From NCBI GenBank assembly GCA_041483895.1, contig JBGPGO010000029.1, forward strand, positions 1 to 28,695: a stretch of DNA of 28,695 nucleotides, read 5' to 3'. The stretch comes from Fimbriimonadia bacterium. Lineage in GTDB: Bacteria; Armatimonadota; Fimbriimonadia; Fimbriimonadales; JABRVX01. A program made the position numbers and the translations under genes. The notes beneath the pieces are model-generated. The model did no database searches and was not told the DNA's origin. It worked only from the letters and a program-made list of their open reading frames with translations. This document shows, in pieces, positions 1-9,034 of the stretch (position 1 is the stretch's first letter; each line of letters begins with the position of its first letter).

Positions 1-1
1 G

Positions 2-709
2 ACGATCGTCGGCCTTCCGCAGGACGGCGGTTATTACGTGAGCGTTAATCTGGCGGGTGGCGGGCTGGACTTCGACGTTGCTGGCCGCGTAGTTTTCGGT
101 GAGCGGTTCTACAACCAGTCGTTCGGCGCCGGCGGATCGACCGGTCCGTACTTGGCTGGCGGCAACGTGGGTGTTCCGTTGGGAATGGCCGTTGACTACG
201 ACGCCGGCAACTACTACCTCGGTAGGGGCGCTGCCGCTAGTTCGGTCCTTATGACCCGCCTATCCGATGGCGGCTGCTACTGGTTCGGTGGCAATCCGAT
301 GGCGAACTTTATGGAAGAGATGACCGGTCGCTACGGCATCGTCTGCCAGTTGGCTAACGATTACGGCGGACTTGGCAGCGTCGGGGCCCGTGGAATCTCA
401 TGGTGCATTTGCTGGCAAAGGAAGGACGGTGAATGGCGTCACACCTACGGGCATCTCGGTGGCGCGGATCCGGCCTTTTCGGACATGTTTACGATCCCGG
501 TTGGAGCTGCTGTTGCCGCCTTGAACATCCAATCGATGGCTCAGAACGGCTACCTCAGCTGTACCGTTTCGGATATCGCGAATGACCTGACCTTCTCGAG
601 CGCTCCGGCAGTGTTCAATCTCGTAGCTGGTGATGGCAGTGGTGACAACACTATTGGCACCGGCGACCTTAACGCGGTGTTCATTAACTTCGGCCAGACC
701 GGTACCTAA
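2..709 (+). CDS. 5'-truncated putative secreted protein with C-terminal dockerin-like (EF-hand type) motif
   Basis: Frame is open from base 2 (TIVGLPQDGGYYVSVN...), so the gene starts outside the window. C-terminus AGDGSGDNTIGTGDLNAVFINFG resembles a single dockerin Ca-binding loop-helix repeat. Confidence 0.6.
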   Translation, partial: TIVGLPQDGGYYVSVNLAGGGLDFDVAGRVVFGERFYNQSFGAGGSTGPYLAGGNVGVPLGMAVDYDAGNYYLGRGAAASSVLMTRLSDGGCYWFGGNPMANFMEEMTGRYGIVCQLANDYGGLGSVGARGISWCICWQRKDGEWRHTYGHLGGADPAFSDMFTIPVGAAVAALNIQSMAQNGYLSCTVSDIANDLTFSSAPAVFNLVAGDGSGDNTIGTGDLNAVFINFGQTGT

Positions 710-735
710 TAACCGTTCCAGACCGATAAGAAACA

Positions 736-774
736 ATCCGTGCCTCCGCTTGTCGGAGGCACGGATACCTTTTT
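736..774 (+). terminator. Intrinsic terminator
   Basis: Perfect 13-bp stem ATCCGTGCCTCCG/CGGAGGCACGGAT, 5-nt loop, then ACCTTTTT. Lies between convergent genes. Confidence 0.8.
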
Positions 775-785
775 AAGCCTAATAG

Positions 786-2321
786 CTAAGACGACTTTTT
801 TCGAGCCTTTGGTTTCGTCGGCGCAGGCGGATCCTCTGGAACCGTGGCGGGACGTGCCCGCAGCTTGGACCAGGTCCGCAATTCGTCAATCTCCTCCCAC
901 ATCATCCGAGATAACGGAACGATGGCCTTCGCCTCGGAAAGGATGTCCGCGGTCGTCAGCTCGCCGCCGCGGGCGAACGCCGCAAACATGCCTGCAATGA
1001 CGGTCTGTTCGATCTCCGCGCCGCTAAACCCCTCAACCGCCGTCGCCAGCTTCTTGATGTCGAATTTGGCAGGATCCCGGCTGCGCTTCTTTAGGTGGAT
1101 CCGGAAAATATCTTCCCGTTCCTTTACCATCGGAAGATCGACAAAGAAGATCTCATCGAAGCGTCCTTTCCGTAGCAGTTCGGGAGGAAGCTGCGTGACG
1201 TCGTTGGCGGTCGCCACCAGAAATACCGCCGCGCTCTTTTCCTGCATCCAATTGATGAACGTCGCAAATACGCGGGCGGTCGTTCCCGCGTCGGAGAAGC
1301 CCGAACTCTGCAGGCCGGCAAACCCTTTCTCCAACTCATCCGTCCACAAAACGCAGGGCGCCACCGACTCCGCCACCCGAATCGCCTTGCGCATGTTCTC
1401 CTCGGAAGATCCAACGATACCGCCAAATATCTTGCCAACGTCCATACGCAGCAGCGGCAGCCCCCACATGGAAGAGATCGCTTTTGCCACCAGGCTCTTG
1501 CCGCAACCCTGCACGCCGATGATCAGCACGCCCTTGGGCGGCGGAAGGCCGAAGGCCTTCGCCTTTTCGGTGAAAGAGGCCGTGCGTTTCTCCAGCCAGC
1601 TCTTTATCGCATTGAGTCCGCCAACGTCCTTCATTTCGACCTGGAACGGATAGTATTCCAATATGCCGGACTTGCGAATAAGCTGCTGCTTTTGGGTCAA
1701 GACGGCATCTACGTCCGCCGTCCCCTTCTCCACAATGGACCGGGCCAGCACATCCTCGATCTCCGAGATGGTCAGCCCTAGACAGGCATTGATCAGCTTG
1801 TCGCGATCCTCGCTGGATAGCGGCTTGACCTTGTCTTGAGCACACGCCATCGCGTCGTCCACCGTCAGCCCGATCTCGTCGGCGCCCGGCAGGGCAAATT
1901 CGACGACGGTGATCTCTTTCTCGACCTCGACAGGCAGCTTCAAAACAGGCGACAAAATAATTACGGTCTGGGACTTCCCACGCATTCGATCGCTCAAGTC
2001 GCGCAGCAATCGAATGACCCGCTGATCGTTCATATAAAAGTGAAAGTCCGTAAGGATGAAGATCGACTTCTCGGGTCCGTGATGGACACCCGCCAGCGCC
2101 TCGATCTCAAGCGGCAGGCCCGATTTCTGTTCGGCCGCTTGACCCGATAACGGTGGCTGCGTGCCCTTCGTTAACGACCACACGTGTACCTGCCGCCCCA
2201 ACTCGTGGCCGCACACCTGAATGGCATCGAGGACTCTTCGCTCCTCCCATGACAGCACATAGATAATGGAATACTTCGCTCGGATGAGCAGCTCGAGTTC
2301 ATCGAGCTGAGATTTTGCCAC
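786..2321 (-). CDS. Ycf46-like AAA+ ATPase
   Basis: Walker A GVQGCGKS, Walker B VLWTDE, second region of homology ATAN...LPPELLRKGRFD, Ycf46-like N-terminus ELELLIRAKYSIIYV. GGAGG RBS before the GTG. Confidence 0.85.
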   Translation of the reverse strand: MAKSQLDELELLIRAKYSIIYVLSWEERRVLDAIQVCGHELGRQVHVWSLTKGTQPPLSGQAAEQKSGLPLEIEALAGVHHGPEKSIFILTDFHFYMNDQRVIRLLRDLSDRMRGKSQTVIILSPVLKLPVEVEKEITVVEFALPGADEIGLTVDDAMACAQDKVKPLSSEDRDKLINACLGLTISEIEDVLARSIVEKGTADVDAVLTQKQQLIRKSGILEYYPFQVEMKDVGGLNAIKSWLEKRTASFTEKAKAFGLPPPKGVLIIGVQGCGKSLVAKAISSMWGLPLLRMDVGKIFGGIVGSSEENMRKAIRVAESVAPCVLWTDELEKGFAGLQSSGFSDAGTTARVFATFINWMQEKSAAVFLVATANDVTQLPPELLRKGRFDEIFFVDLPMVKEREDIFRIHLKKRSRDPAKFDIKKLATAVEGFSGAEIEQTVIAGMFAAFARGGELTTADILSEAKAIVPLSRMMWEEIDELRTWSKLRARPATVPEDPPAPTKPKARKKSS

Positions 2322-2383
2322 TGACCACCTCCATGGTTCGATTCGCGGTTCCGGGTCCGATTCCTGTCAGGTAACATGGCCTC

Positions 2384-3175
2384 ATGGACCGCGAAAAGAT
2401 GACCGTGCCGAAGTTCCGGGCGGCCAAGGGCAAGCAGCGACTCGTCTGCATTACGGCCTACGATGAGCCGACCGCTCGCCTTGCCGACCAAGCCAACGTC
2501 GATCTTATCCTGGTTGGGGACTCGCTTGGCAATGTGGTCCTGGGCTATGCGAACACGCTGCCGGTCACGCAGTCGGAAATGCTGCACCATGTCCGCGCGG
2601 CGAGCCATGGCGTCAAGTCGGCCCTTCTGGTGGCGGATATGCCGTTCGGAACCTTCCAAGGCTCGGTGGACCGCACGGTGGAATATGCCTGCGAGATGAT
2701 CAAGGCCGGTGCGGAAGCGGTGAAACTGGAAGGTGGGAAGGCGGTCGAAGCCGCGATCCAGCGATTGACGGAAGTTGGCATTCCCGTCATGGGCCACGTC
2801 GGAATGACCCCGCAATCGGTCAACGCTTTTGGGGGATTCCGGGTCCAGGGGCGAGGCAACCAGGCCGATGCGCTCGCCATGGAAGCGCGACGGGTCGCCG
2901 ATGCGGGAGCGTTCGCCGTTGTGTTGGAAATGGTCCCTGCGATGGTCGCGGAGCGGGTGACTTCGGAGACACCCATCCCCACGATCGGCATCGGCGCAGG
3001 CGTGGGATGTGACGGTCAAGTACAAGTTTTCCACGATATCTTGAACTTAGGAACCTTCCATCCCAAGCATGCGAGAGTCTTTTTCGATGCAGGCGCGGCA
3101 ATAACCAATGCAATTTCTAATTATGCGGATTCGGTCCGAGCAGGTAGCTTTCCGACGGACGAAGAGTCTTTTTAA
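2384..3175 (+). CDS. panB: 3-methyl-2-oxobutanoate hydroxymethyltransferase
   Basis: Motifs TAYD, LVGDSLG, ADMPF, VKLEGG, GHVGMTPQS, TIGIGAG, DGQVQV. Confidence 0.97.
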   Translation: MDREKMTVPKFRAAKGKQRLVCITAYDEPTARLADQANVDLILVGDSLGNVVLGYANTLPVTQSEMLHHVRAASHGVKSALLVADMPFGTFQGSVDRTVEYACEMIKAGAEAVKLEGGKAVEAAIQRLTEVGIPVMGHVGMTPQSVNAFGGFRVQGRGNQADALAMEARRVADAGAFAVVLEMVPAMVAERVTSETPIPTIGIGAGVGCDGQVQVFHDILNLGTFHPKHARVFFDAGAAITNAISNYADSVRAGSFPTDEESF

Positions 3176-3187
3176 GGAGCGATCTCT

Positions 3188-3430
3188 ATGGCAGGTGTGG
3201 AGGATGTTGCGGTCGTCAAAATGGTTCGCCGAGAACTCAATCGGCGCAAAATCGATTGCGCGCTGGTAGATGTCCGCGTGTCGCATGGGGTGGTTTTCCT
3301 CCGCGGCGTGGCAAAGCCGATGCGGGGCGGCGCCACAGATGTGAAAGGCGAGATTGAAATTGTGTGTAGAGTTCTGCGCCAGAAAGCGGAGATTAGAGAC
3401 GTGATCGCGGAGCTCATCTACCGAACTTAG
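3188..3430 (+). CDS. Small protein, possibly a single BON-like domain
   Basis: AAGGAG RBS right after panB. The pattern D-x-x-V...VDVRVSHGVVFLRGV...IRDV resembles BON domains. Confidence 0.6.
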   Translation: MAGVEDVAVVKMVRRELNRRKIDCALVDVRVSHGVVFLRGVAKPMRGGATDVKGEIEIVCRVLRQKAEIRDVIAELIYRT

Positions 3431-5694
3431 AAGTCCACGCCGGTGCTGGTATCCAGCGGCTGGCCCGACGGTCCGATCCCAAAGTCCGAACGGTAGGGAA
3501 GAGCCTTGATCCGAATTGCGAAGTTGAATTCCTTGCCATTTCGGAAACCAAACGCCGTCTCGCTATAGCTCAATACAGCTTCCACGCAGTGGAGGTCGTA
3601 CGTCAGATTCAACTGGCGGGATTCAAACTTCCGAAGATATCCATTGTAGAGCGCCATCGCCGAGACCTTGGTCCGCCCCCATGTGAAGCCGTCTACCCGA
3701 AGATTCAGGTTGCCCCAGATGTGCTGCAGCGCGTCGTACCGCGCCTCCATCCCAACCTTGGTTGCCCCCGCTTTCCAGTCAATGCGGAATCGTGATGTTG
3801 ACCACGCCTTGGCAACCGGATCGTAAACCGTTGAAGCCACCGTCTTGAAATAGGGAGCAGGTTCCCATTTCATCGCCGCCCCAACCGTATTCCAAGCGAT
3901 GTCGCCCCGCTTTTCGCGAAGCAGGTCGTACCCGCCGCCCACTCTCAGCGTCAGCTTTTCCCCTACGGGCGACTCCATGAGCAGCGTCACCAAGTTCGTC
4001 TGACCCCTTCGGTCGAGTGAGAGCGGTGTAAATCCGTAGGGCCGCAAATAATCGTAGCGCAACAAAAGTGATTGAGACGTCTTCTTGTCGCTGAAGCCGT
4101 AGCGACTTTCCACGCTCTCTTGCAAAACGTATTGCGCCGTATCGTCGCTGTACATCGATTGATAAAACTCCGAGCTGTAGCCGAACGACAGGCCGCGTTT
4201 CGACTTCGAGCTCTCGGACGAACGCGCCCCAAACCCGTATCGATTGACCTCCTGATCGGTAAAATTGTCCAGGTACTGTCCGACGCTCGTTTCTAAGTTG
4301 ATCCGGGGAAGACTCTGGAGTCCCAACAGCCGGCGGCTATCCGATCGCAAAGTCAAAACCGGCGTCCGATTGGATCCCGAGATAAAATTTGTCGTCTCGC
4401 CGATCGGAACCAATCGCTGATACGACAGGTCCCCATCATATCGTTTGGAAGCATATGACAAGCCAAGCCCCAGGTCAACCTGCTCGCGCTCGGACAGTGT
4501 TTGGCTGCCTTGCGCCGTTGTGGAGTTGGAATAGGTCATGCGATTATTTAACGAGAATCCGTTGCCGAGGGGGCGGGAATCCGATAGGCCGAAGGACTGA
4601 TTCGTGTTGCTGTAGGTGCCGGATTCATTGCGCGAGTCTATGAAGTTCAGTTGTGTGCTGCCTCTTCCCGCGCGGTAAAGGGCAGATGTGTTCGTGACCA
4701 TCGAGCGGCTGTCAGGAAACGTAAGATAGATGTTTTGGTGGAAGTCGGATCGGAATCGAACGCTCAAATTGCCGAATGTTTGATTGTGAAATAAGTCTCC
4801 CGTAAAGCTGTTCTGTCCCCGCTGATTGTCATATAGGTTATAGAACTGCAGGTCGCCCTGAGAGCCTTTGCCGCCCCATTTCTGATCCAATCCCAACCCG
4901 AGACCCAGCTTTTCCATGAAGTCGGTCCGGAGAATCGCCGCATCTCCGCGAAGAATTCCCGCGGTGAATTTCGACTTCACGTATGTGCCTTCGAGTTCCG
5001 ACCGGCCGACGTCCGGCAGATATCCGTTGTATTCCGGTCGATTCAGTGGAACCGTCAAATGCGGCAAAGCGACCAATGTCTTTCCTAGCGCGCGCAGACG
5101 GAAATTGCGAAAAATGATCCGGTCCCCAGGCTTCACATCGAACTCTGCGGCTTCCATTTCAAAGTGCGGGTGCCCGAGCGGGCAGGTCGTCACTTCGCCG
5201 TCGAAGAGCGTTTGCTCCCGATTTGTGCCTTCCGAGCTGGCTCCCCGCGCGTACAGATCGGAGAGCAGTCGGCCATCGAACAGCTTCGGCATGAGGTCTG
5301 ATCTGCCATTTTCAAATCGGTATTTCTTCTCCTTGAAGTCCACCCAGACCTGATCGCCCGTAGTGACCTGATCGGAACCGCGAACGATGACATCTCCCGA
5401 CAACATGAACTGCTCCAAGTCCACGTCGCCCGATATCTCCTTGGCCTTGACGTTGTAGCCGCGAAACTGGAACTCCACGCCGCCAACCGCATGGATGTTC
5501 GAACCTTCTTTTGTGAGGTTGCCGAACGATTTCCAGTGGACGATGCGATCGTCCGGCAGATTCGGATCGGGAGCGCCGATGGAGTATTTAGGCGGCTTGG
5601 GAGGCTCAAATCCGCCGGGAGCCAGCGGATTCTTCTGTTGTGCCTGCGCCACCGTAATCAGAAAGCAAATACAGCAGATAGCCTTCCATCTCAT
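3427..5694 (-). CDS. LPS-assembly protein LptD-like outer-membrane beta-barrel
   Basis: Signal peptide, OstA-like N-terminal region, TTC...PHF motif, long amphipathic beta-strand region with YDLHC near the end, terminal F. ATGA-coupled to the LptF/G gene. Confidence 0.75.
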   Translation of the reverse strand: MRWKAICCICFLITVAQAQQKNPLAPGGFEPPKPPKYSIGAPDPNLPDDRIVHWKSFGNLTKEGSNIHAVGGVEFQFRGYNVKAKEISGDVDLEQFMLSGDVIVRGSDQVTTGDQVWVDFKEKKYRFENGRSDLMPKLFDGRLLSDLYARGASSEGTNREQTLFDGEVTTCPLGHPHFEMEAAEFDVKPGDRIIFRNFRLRALGKTLVALPHLTVPLNRPEYNGYLPDVGRSELEGTYVKSKFTAGILRGDAAILRTDFMEKLGLGLGLDQKWGGKGSQGDLQFYNLYDNQRGQNSFTGDLFHNQTFGNLSVRFRSDFHQNIYLTFPDSRSMVTNTSALYRAGRGSTQLNFIDSRNESGTYSNTNQSFGLSDSRPLGNGFSLNNRMTYSNSTTAQGSQTLSEREQVDLGLGLSYASKRYDGDLSYQRLVPIGETTNFISGSNRTPVLTLRSDSRRLLGLQSLPRINLETSVGQYLDNFTDQEVNRYGFGARSSESSKSKRGLSFGYSSEFYQSMYSDDTAQYVLQESVESRYGFSDKKTSQSLLLRYDYLRPYGFTPLSLDRRGQTNLVTLLMESPVGEKLTLRVGGGYDLLREKRGDIAWNTVGAAMKWEPAPYFKTVASTVYDPVAKAWSTSRFRIDWKAGATKVGMEARYDALQHIWGNLNLRVDGFTWGRTKVSAMALYNGYLRKFESRQLNLTYDLHCVEAVLSYSETAFGFRNGKEFNFAIRIKALPYRSDFGIGPSGQPLDTSTGVDF

Positions 5695-6764
5695 TCGATC
5701 CGCCGCGCGGCAACCAGCGCCGCGATAAGGAAGATGATGTTCGGCCCCCAGGCCGCGACCAACGGCGAAACGATCCCTTGCTCGCCCAACACTTTGGTAA
5801 AAAGCAGCAACCCATTGATATGCGCGAACACCAAGAAGACGGACAGCAGGATTCCCGTGAATCCGCCGCTGCGCGAAAACGCAAGGCTGAAGACGGGACC
5901 GAAAATGGCGAAGATGACGCAGGCGAAGGGGATGCTCAGCTTCGTATGGTACTGGACCTCTTTTTCCAGCGACGGCCGGCCGATGGCCCTCGACCGCTCA
6001 ATATCCTCGCGCAATTCCGCGCGCGTCATTTCGTCCGGCAGCAACGGGCTTACGATATCTTGAAGCGGCACTCGCTTGTCGATCCGTCCAGTCTCGCCCT
6101 CTAGGTACTCCATATCCTTCCCTTGACGAAAATGCCAGACCTTGGCGTTCGTCAATCGCCAAACGCCGTTATCGTACCGAGCCTTCTCCGCCCGAAATAT
6201 CTTGGTCTCCTTTAGACCGACGGTGCGGATCGCCGTCATGTCAGTAACATCGTAAACATTGTCCGAAACCTTCTCCACCAAGCCGAGAATGAACTTCCAA
6301 TCCTCCACAGTGACGACTTCGTTGGCGGTAAACCGAGGCGTGCTCTGCATCATCGCTACCTGAAACAGCAGCTTCTTGAACCGATTCCCCGACTGCGGAA
6401 CGACATTTTCTTGAAACCAGTAGGTAGCTCCAAACGCCGCAAAACCGAGAAGCATGTAGGGGATCAATATCCGCCAAACGCTGACCCCGGCCATCCGCAT
6501 CACCAGTATCTCTTGATCCCGCGCCATCCGCGTGACCGCCATCGCAGTGCCGACCGCAATCGCGACCGGCGCGGCAATCACGACGAGAAATGGCAATCGG
6601 TAAAGCACGAGCTGTCCGACCGCTGCCAATGTCACCCCGCGATCGAAGAGCACCCGGCCGTTCTCATAGAGAAGTCCCCCAGTCAGCAGCATGATCGCGG
6701 ACACGGCGCCGATCAGAAACGGCACAAACGTCTCTTTTAATAGGTACCGGTCCATGAGCTTCAT
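5691..6764 (-). CDS. LptF/LptG (YjgP/YjgQ) family LPS export permease
   Basis: MKLMDRYLLKE start, RMARDQEILVMRMAGVS, KLSIPFAC, AAWGPNIIF. Start set at ATG 6764, overlapping the upstream stop (ATGA). Confidence 0.9.
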   Translation of the reverse strand: MKLMDRYLLKETFVPFLIGAVSAIMLLTGGLLYENGRVLFDRGVTLAAVGQLVLYRLPFLVVIAAPVAIAVGTAMAVTRMARDQEILVMRMAGVSVWRILIPYMLLGFAAFGATYWFQENVVPQSGNRFKKLLFQVAMMQSTPRFTANEVVTVEDWKFILGLVEKVSDNVYDVTDMTAIRTVGLKETKIFRAEKARYDNGVWRLTNAKVWHFRQGKDMEYLEGETGRIDKRVPLQDIVSPLLPDEMTRAELREDIERSRAIGRPSLEKEVQYHTKLSIPFACVIFAIFGPVFSLAFSRSGGFTGILLSVFLVFAHINGLLLFTKVLGEQGIVSPLVAAWGPNIIFLIAALVAARRIE

Positions 6765-7534
6765 TTGGTTACAGTCCGCCAAAAGAGGTATACGCCCGCG
6801 GCAACCGTCAACAAGATAAGCGGTACGGCTACCAGTGAATGAACGCTAGACCCAATGTAGGGCGCGAGAACAAGGACGCAAACAACGATAAGCCAGAGTC
6901 GGACGAGCCGGCCCGCCGCCCGTTCCGGCAGCCAGGCGCCCCCCGCCAATGAGGCAAGGATATCGCGGCCGCATCGTTTGCATCGGACTTCGGTCGGGTG
7001 GTTCTTGAAGCCGCAGTCGGGGCAAGTGTTGGGATTGTCGTCCGGCGTGCCCTTCAGATCGCGGCTGACCCACTGCAGCATGCGCTTTTCGTCGAGCATG
7101 TGATGGGGAGCCGCGGCAACAGCGCGTTCCAGCAGGCCGACGGCGGAGGCCGTCAAGCCATACTTCACGCACAGTCGGCCCAATTCTCCGAGTGCACTAG
7201 GGTTGTTGGCGCTGCCGCCTAGAATTCCGGAAAGCTTTCGCATCCGCTCGATATCGATGGCCAACAGTGCTTTGCCGTGGAGAAATCGGCCCACAATCGG
7301 GACCGTAAGGGCCGACAGCCATAAGATCGATGCGCAGCTCACCCGCATCCAAAGATGCTCGTTGGTATGCCCAATCAGGGCCACACCGATGGCCGCCCCA
7401 ATGCCGAGCGCAGCCTCGGGGCCGCCGAGGTCGGCCATGATGGCCTGCTTCGTAAGGTGCATGATCCAGTAGAAGGCCGGTGGCCAGATGAAGAACCACG
7501 CGAACCCTATTTGAAGCAGCCAGCCAAGATCCAT
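6761..7534 (-). CDS. Membrane protein with a TPR-like helix pair and a CxxC-x10-CxxC zinc ribbon
   Basis: About three N-terminal and two C-terminal hydrophobic helices; NPSALGELGRLCVKYGLTASAVGLLERAVAAAP (TPR-like); CPDCGFKNHPTEVRCKRC. Confidence 0.75.
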   Translation of the reverse strand: MDLGWLLQIGFAWFFIWPPAFYWIMHLTKQAIMADLGGPEAALGIGAAIGVALIGHTNEHLWMRVSCASILWLSALTVPIVGRFLHGKALLAIDIERMRKLSGILGGSANNPSALGELGRLCVKYGLTASAVGLLERAVAAAPHHMLDEKRMLQWVSRDLKGTPDDNPNTCPDCGFKNHPTEVRCKRCGRDILASLAGGAWLPERAAGRLVRLWLIVVCVLVLAPYIGSSVHSLVAVPLILLTVAAGVYLFWRTVTK

Positions 7535-7706
7535 GCTGACGCTATTTTGGCACCATTATCTGCGAACCTTGAGAAGCAGTTTATTTGTGAAAAAAGTAGC
7601 AATCTTTTCTTGCCAATTTGAGGCGACTTTCCATGCAAATCTCCTCAAACGAGCCGCCCGCACCCCGAAACAGCCGATATTTAAGCTAACGATGCATTAA
7701 TATTCA

Positions 7707-7715
7707 TGGTATTAT
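7707..7715 (+). promoter_or_regulatory. Putative extended -10 promoter of nadA
   Basis: TGgTATTAT in an AT-rich intergenic region about 90 nt upstream of nadA; no clear -35. Confidence 0.45.
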
Positions 7716-7734
7716 AGATGTAGCAACCTCTAAA

Positions 7735-7790
7735 TCCTTGGAAACGGGCAACAACTCCGTTCGAAATTTCACGAACTGCTCGCCAAGGAG
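7735..7790 (+). ncRNA. NAD+-I (nadA motif) riboswitch-like aptamer, single compact domain
   Basis: UCCUUGG-AAA-CGGGCA-[ACAACUCC bulge]-GUUCG-loop-CGAAC-UGCUCG-CCAAGGA. The P1/bulge/P1a arrangement matches my recollection of the nadA-motif core (CA-ACAACCCC-GU...AC-UG), and it sits directly upstream of nadA. Confidence 0.65.
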
Positions 7791-7804
7791 ACCGGTGGTC
7801 AATT

Positions 7805-8923
7805 ATGTATCAACCGCCTCTCGATGCCGCCTACTCACAGGCGACCGAAGAAGAACTGCATACAAGAATTCGTGCCGCCAAGCGCGCCTTGGGGAGTCGA
7901 ATCGTAATCCTTGGGCATCACTATCAGCGAGACGATATCATTCAATATGCCGATTATCGCGGCGACAGCTACAAGCTTTGCAAGGATGCCCAACGTCATC
8001 CCGAAGCGGATGCGATTGTATTCTGTGGCGTCCACTTCATGGCGGAGAGCGCCGATATCCTGAGCGCGGACCGCCAGACGGTCATCCTCCCGAACCTGTC
8101 CGCCGGGTGCAGCATGGCCGACATGGCCAACATTCACCAGGTGGAACGGGTCTGGGAAGAATTGGGCCAGGTCACGGATGTCTCGCGGATCATCCCGATC
8201 ACCTATATGAACTCCGCCGCGGACCTCAAAGCGTTTGTCGGCGCCCATCAAGGAGCCGTTTGCACCAGCTCCAACGCGCGAAAGGTGATCGAGTGGGCGC
8301 TCGACCGCGGGGATAAGCTGCTCTTCTTCCCCGACCAGCATTTGGGCCGGAACACGGCCTGCCGGATGGGATTCGACGTCGAGAGAGATATGCTGGTCTG
8401 GGATCCCAAGCAGACCCTAGGCGGCAATTCGCCGGCCAAAATCCAAGATTCCACCGTCTTACTTTGGAAAGGACACTGCTCGGTGCACGGCCGCTTCACG
8501 CTCGAGCAGGTCACTCTGTCCCGCAAAGTGCATCCTAACATTCACGTCGTGGTCCACCCGGAATGCACCAAGGATGTCGTGGATGCGGCGGATTCCTTCG
8601 GCTCTACCGAGTTCATCATTCGGGCCGTGGAAGCCGGCGAACCCGGTAGCAAATGGGCAATTGGGACGGAGATCAACCTTGTCCACCGCCTCGCCGCGGA
8701 GAACCCGGACAAGTTCATCATGTGCCTAGACCCGATCACCTGTCCCTGCAGCACGATGTATCGAATCCACCCGAGTTTTCTCTGCTATGTGCTGGAAAAG
8801 CTGGTTCAGGGCACAACGGTCAATCGAATCGATGTGCCGGACGACATCAAACGCCATGCCATCACCGCGTTGGAGCGGATGATCGCAATCACTGAGCAGC
8901 TGCAGAGCGCACTAGCCGTCTAA
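7805..8923 (+). CDS. nadA: Quinolinate synthase
   Basis: ILGHHYQ, GDSY, FCGVHFMAE, AGCSMA, TYMNS, CTSSNA, FFPDQHLGRN, CSVH, HPEC, GSTEFI, CSTM motifs. Confidence 0.97.
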   Translation: MYQPPLDAAYSQATEEELHTRIRAAKRALGSRIVILGHHYQRDDIIQYADYRGDSYKLCKDAQRHPEADAIVFCGVHFMAESADILSADRQTVILPNLSAGCSMADMANIHQVERVWEELGQVTDVSRIIPITYMNSAADLKAFVGAHQGAVCTSSNARKVIEWALDRGDKLLFFPDQHLGRNTACRMGFDVERDMLVWDPKQTLGGNSPAKIQDSTVLLWKGHCSVHGRFTLEQVTLSRKVHPNIHVVVHPECTKDVVDAADSFGSTEFIIRAVEAGEPGSKWAIGTEINLVHRLAAENPDKFIMCLDPITCPCSTMYRIHPSFLCYVLEKLVQGTTVNRIDVPDDIKRHAITALERMIAITEQLQSALAV

Positions 8924-8964
8924 GAACGACGGCGCAACAGAGTCGCTGCCAGTCCAAATAGGAA

Positions 8965-8994
8965 TTCGCCCATCCCGCAAGCGGGATGGGCGAA
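8965..8994. terminator. Likely bidirectional terminator hairpin
   Basis: Perfect inverted repeat TTCGCCCATCCCGC/GCGGGATGGGCGAA between convergent nadA and PEP-CTERM gene 1. Confidence 0.75.
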
Positions 8995-9034
8995 ACCGTT
9001 TCTAGGCAAGTGTTATCTCGGGTCTAAGACGAGA

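Noticed and set aside
2..709. Cellulosome component
   Set aside because: No glycoside hydrolase or multi-cohesin scaffoldin is visible; a dockerin-like tail alone is insufficient.
786..2321. AAA ATPase as part of a defence or contractile-injection locus
   Set aside because: It is flanked by housekeeping genes with no partner genes and has host-like composition.
844..3034. Long antisense or alternate-frame ORFs (e.g. 844-1653, 2171-3034, 11235-11909, 18156-18908, 20640-21377, 24763-25497)
   Set aside because: They are shadows of well-supported genes in GC-rich DNA and have no recognisable motifs.
7692..7707. NrtR/NiaR operator upstream of nadA
   Set aside because: Only a weak AT-rich imperfect palindrome (ATGCATTAATATTCAT), with no recognisable consensus and no regulator gene nearby.
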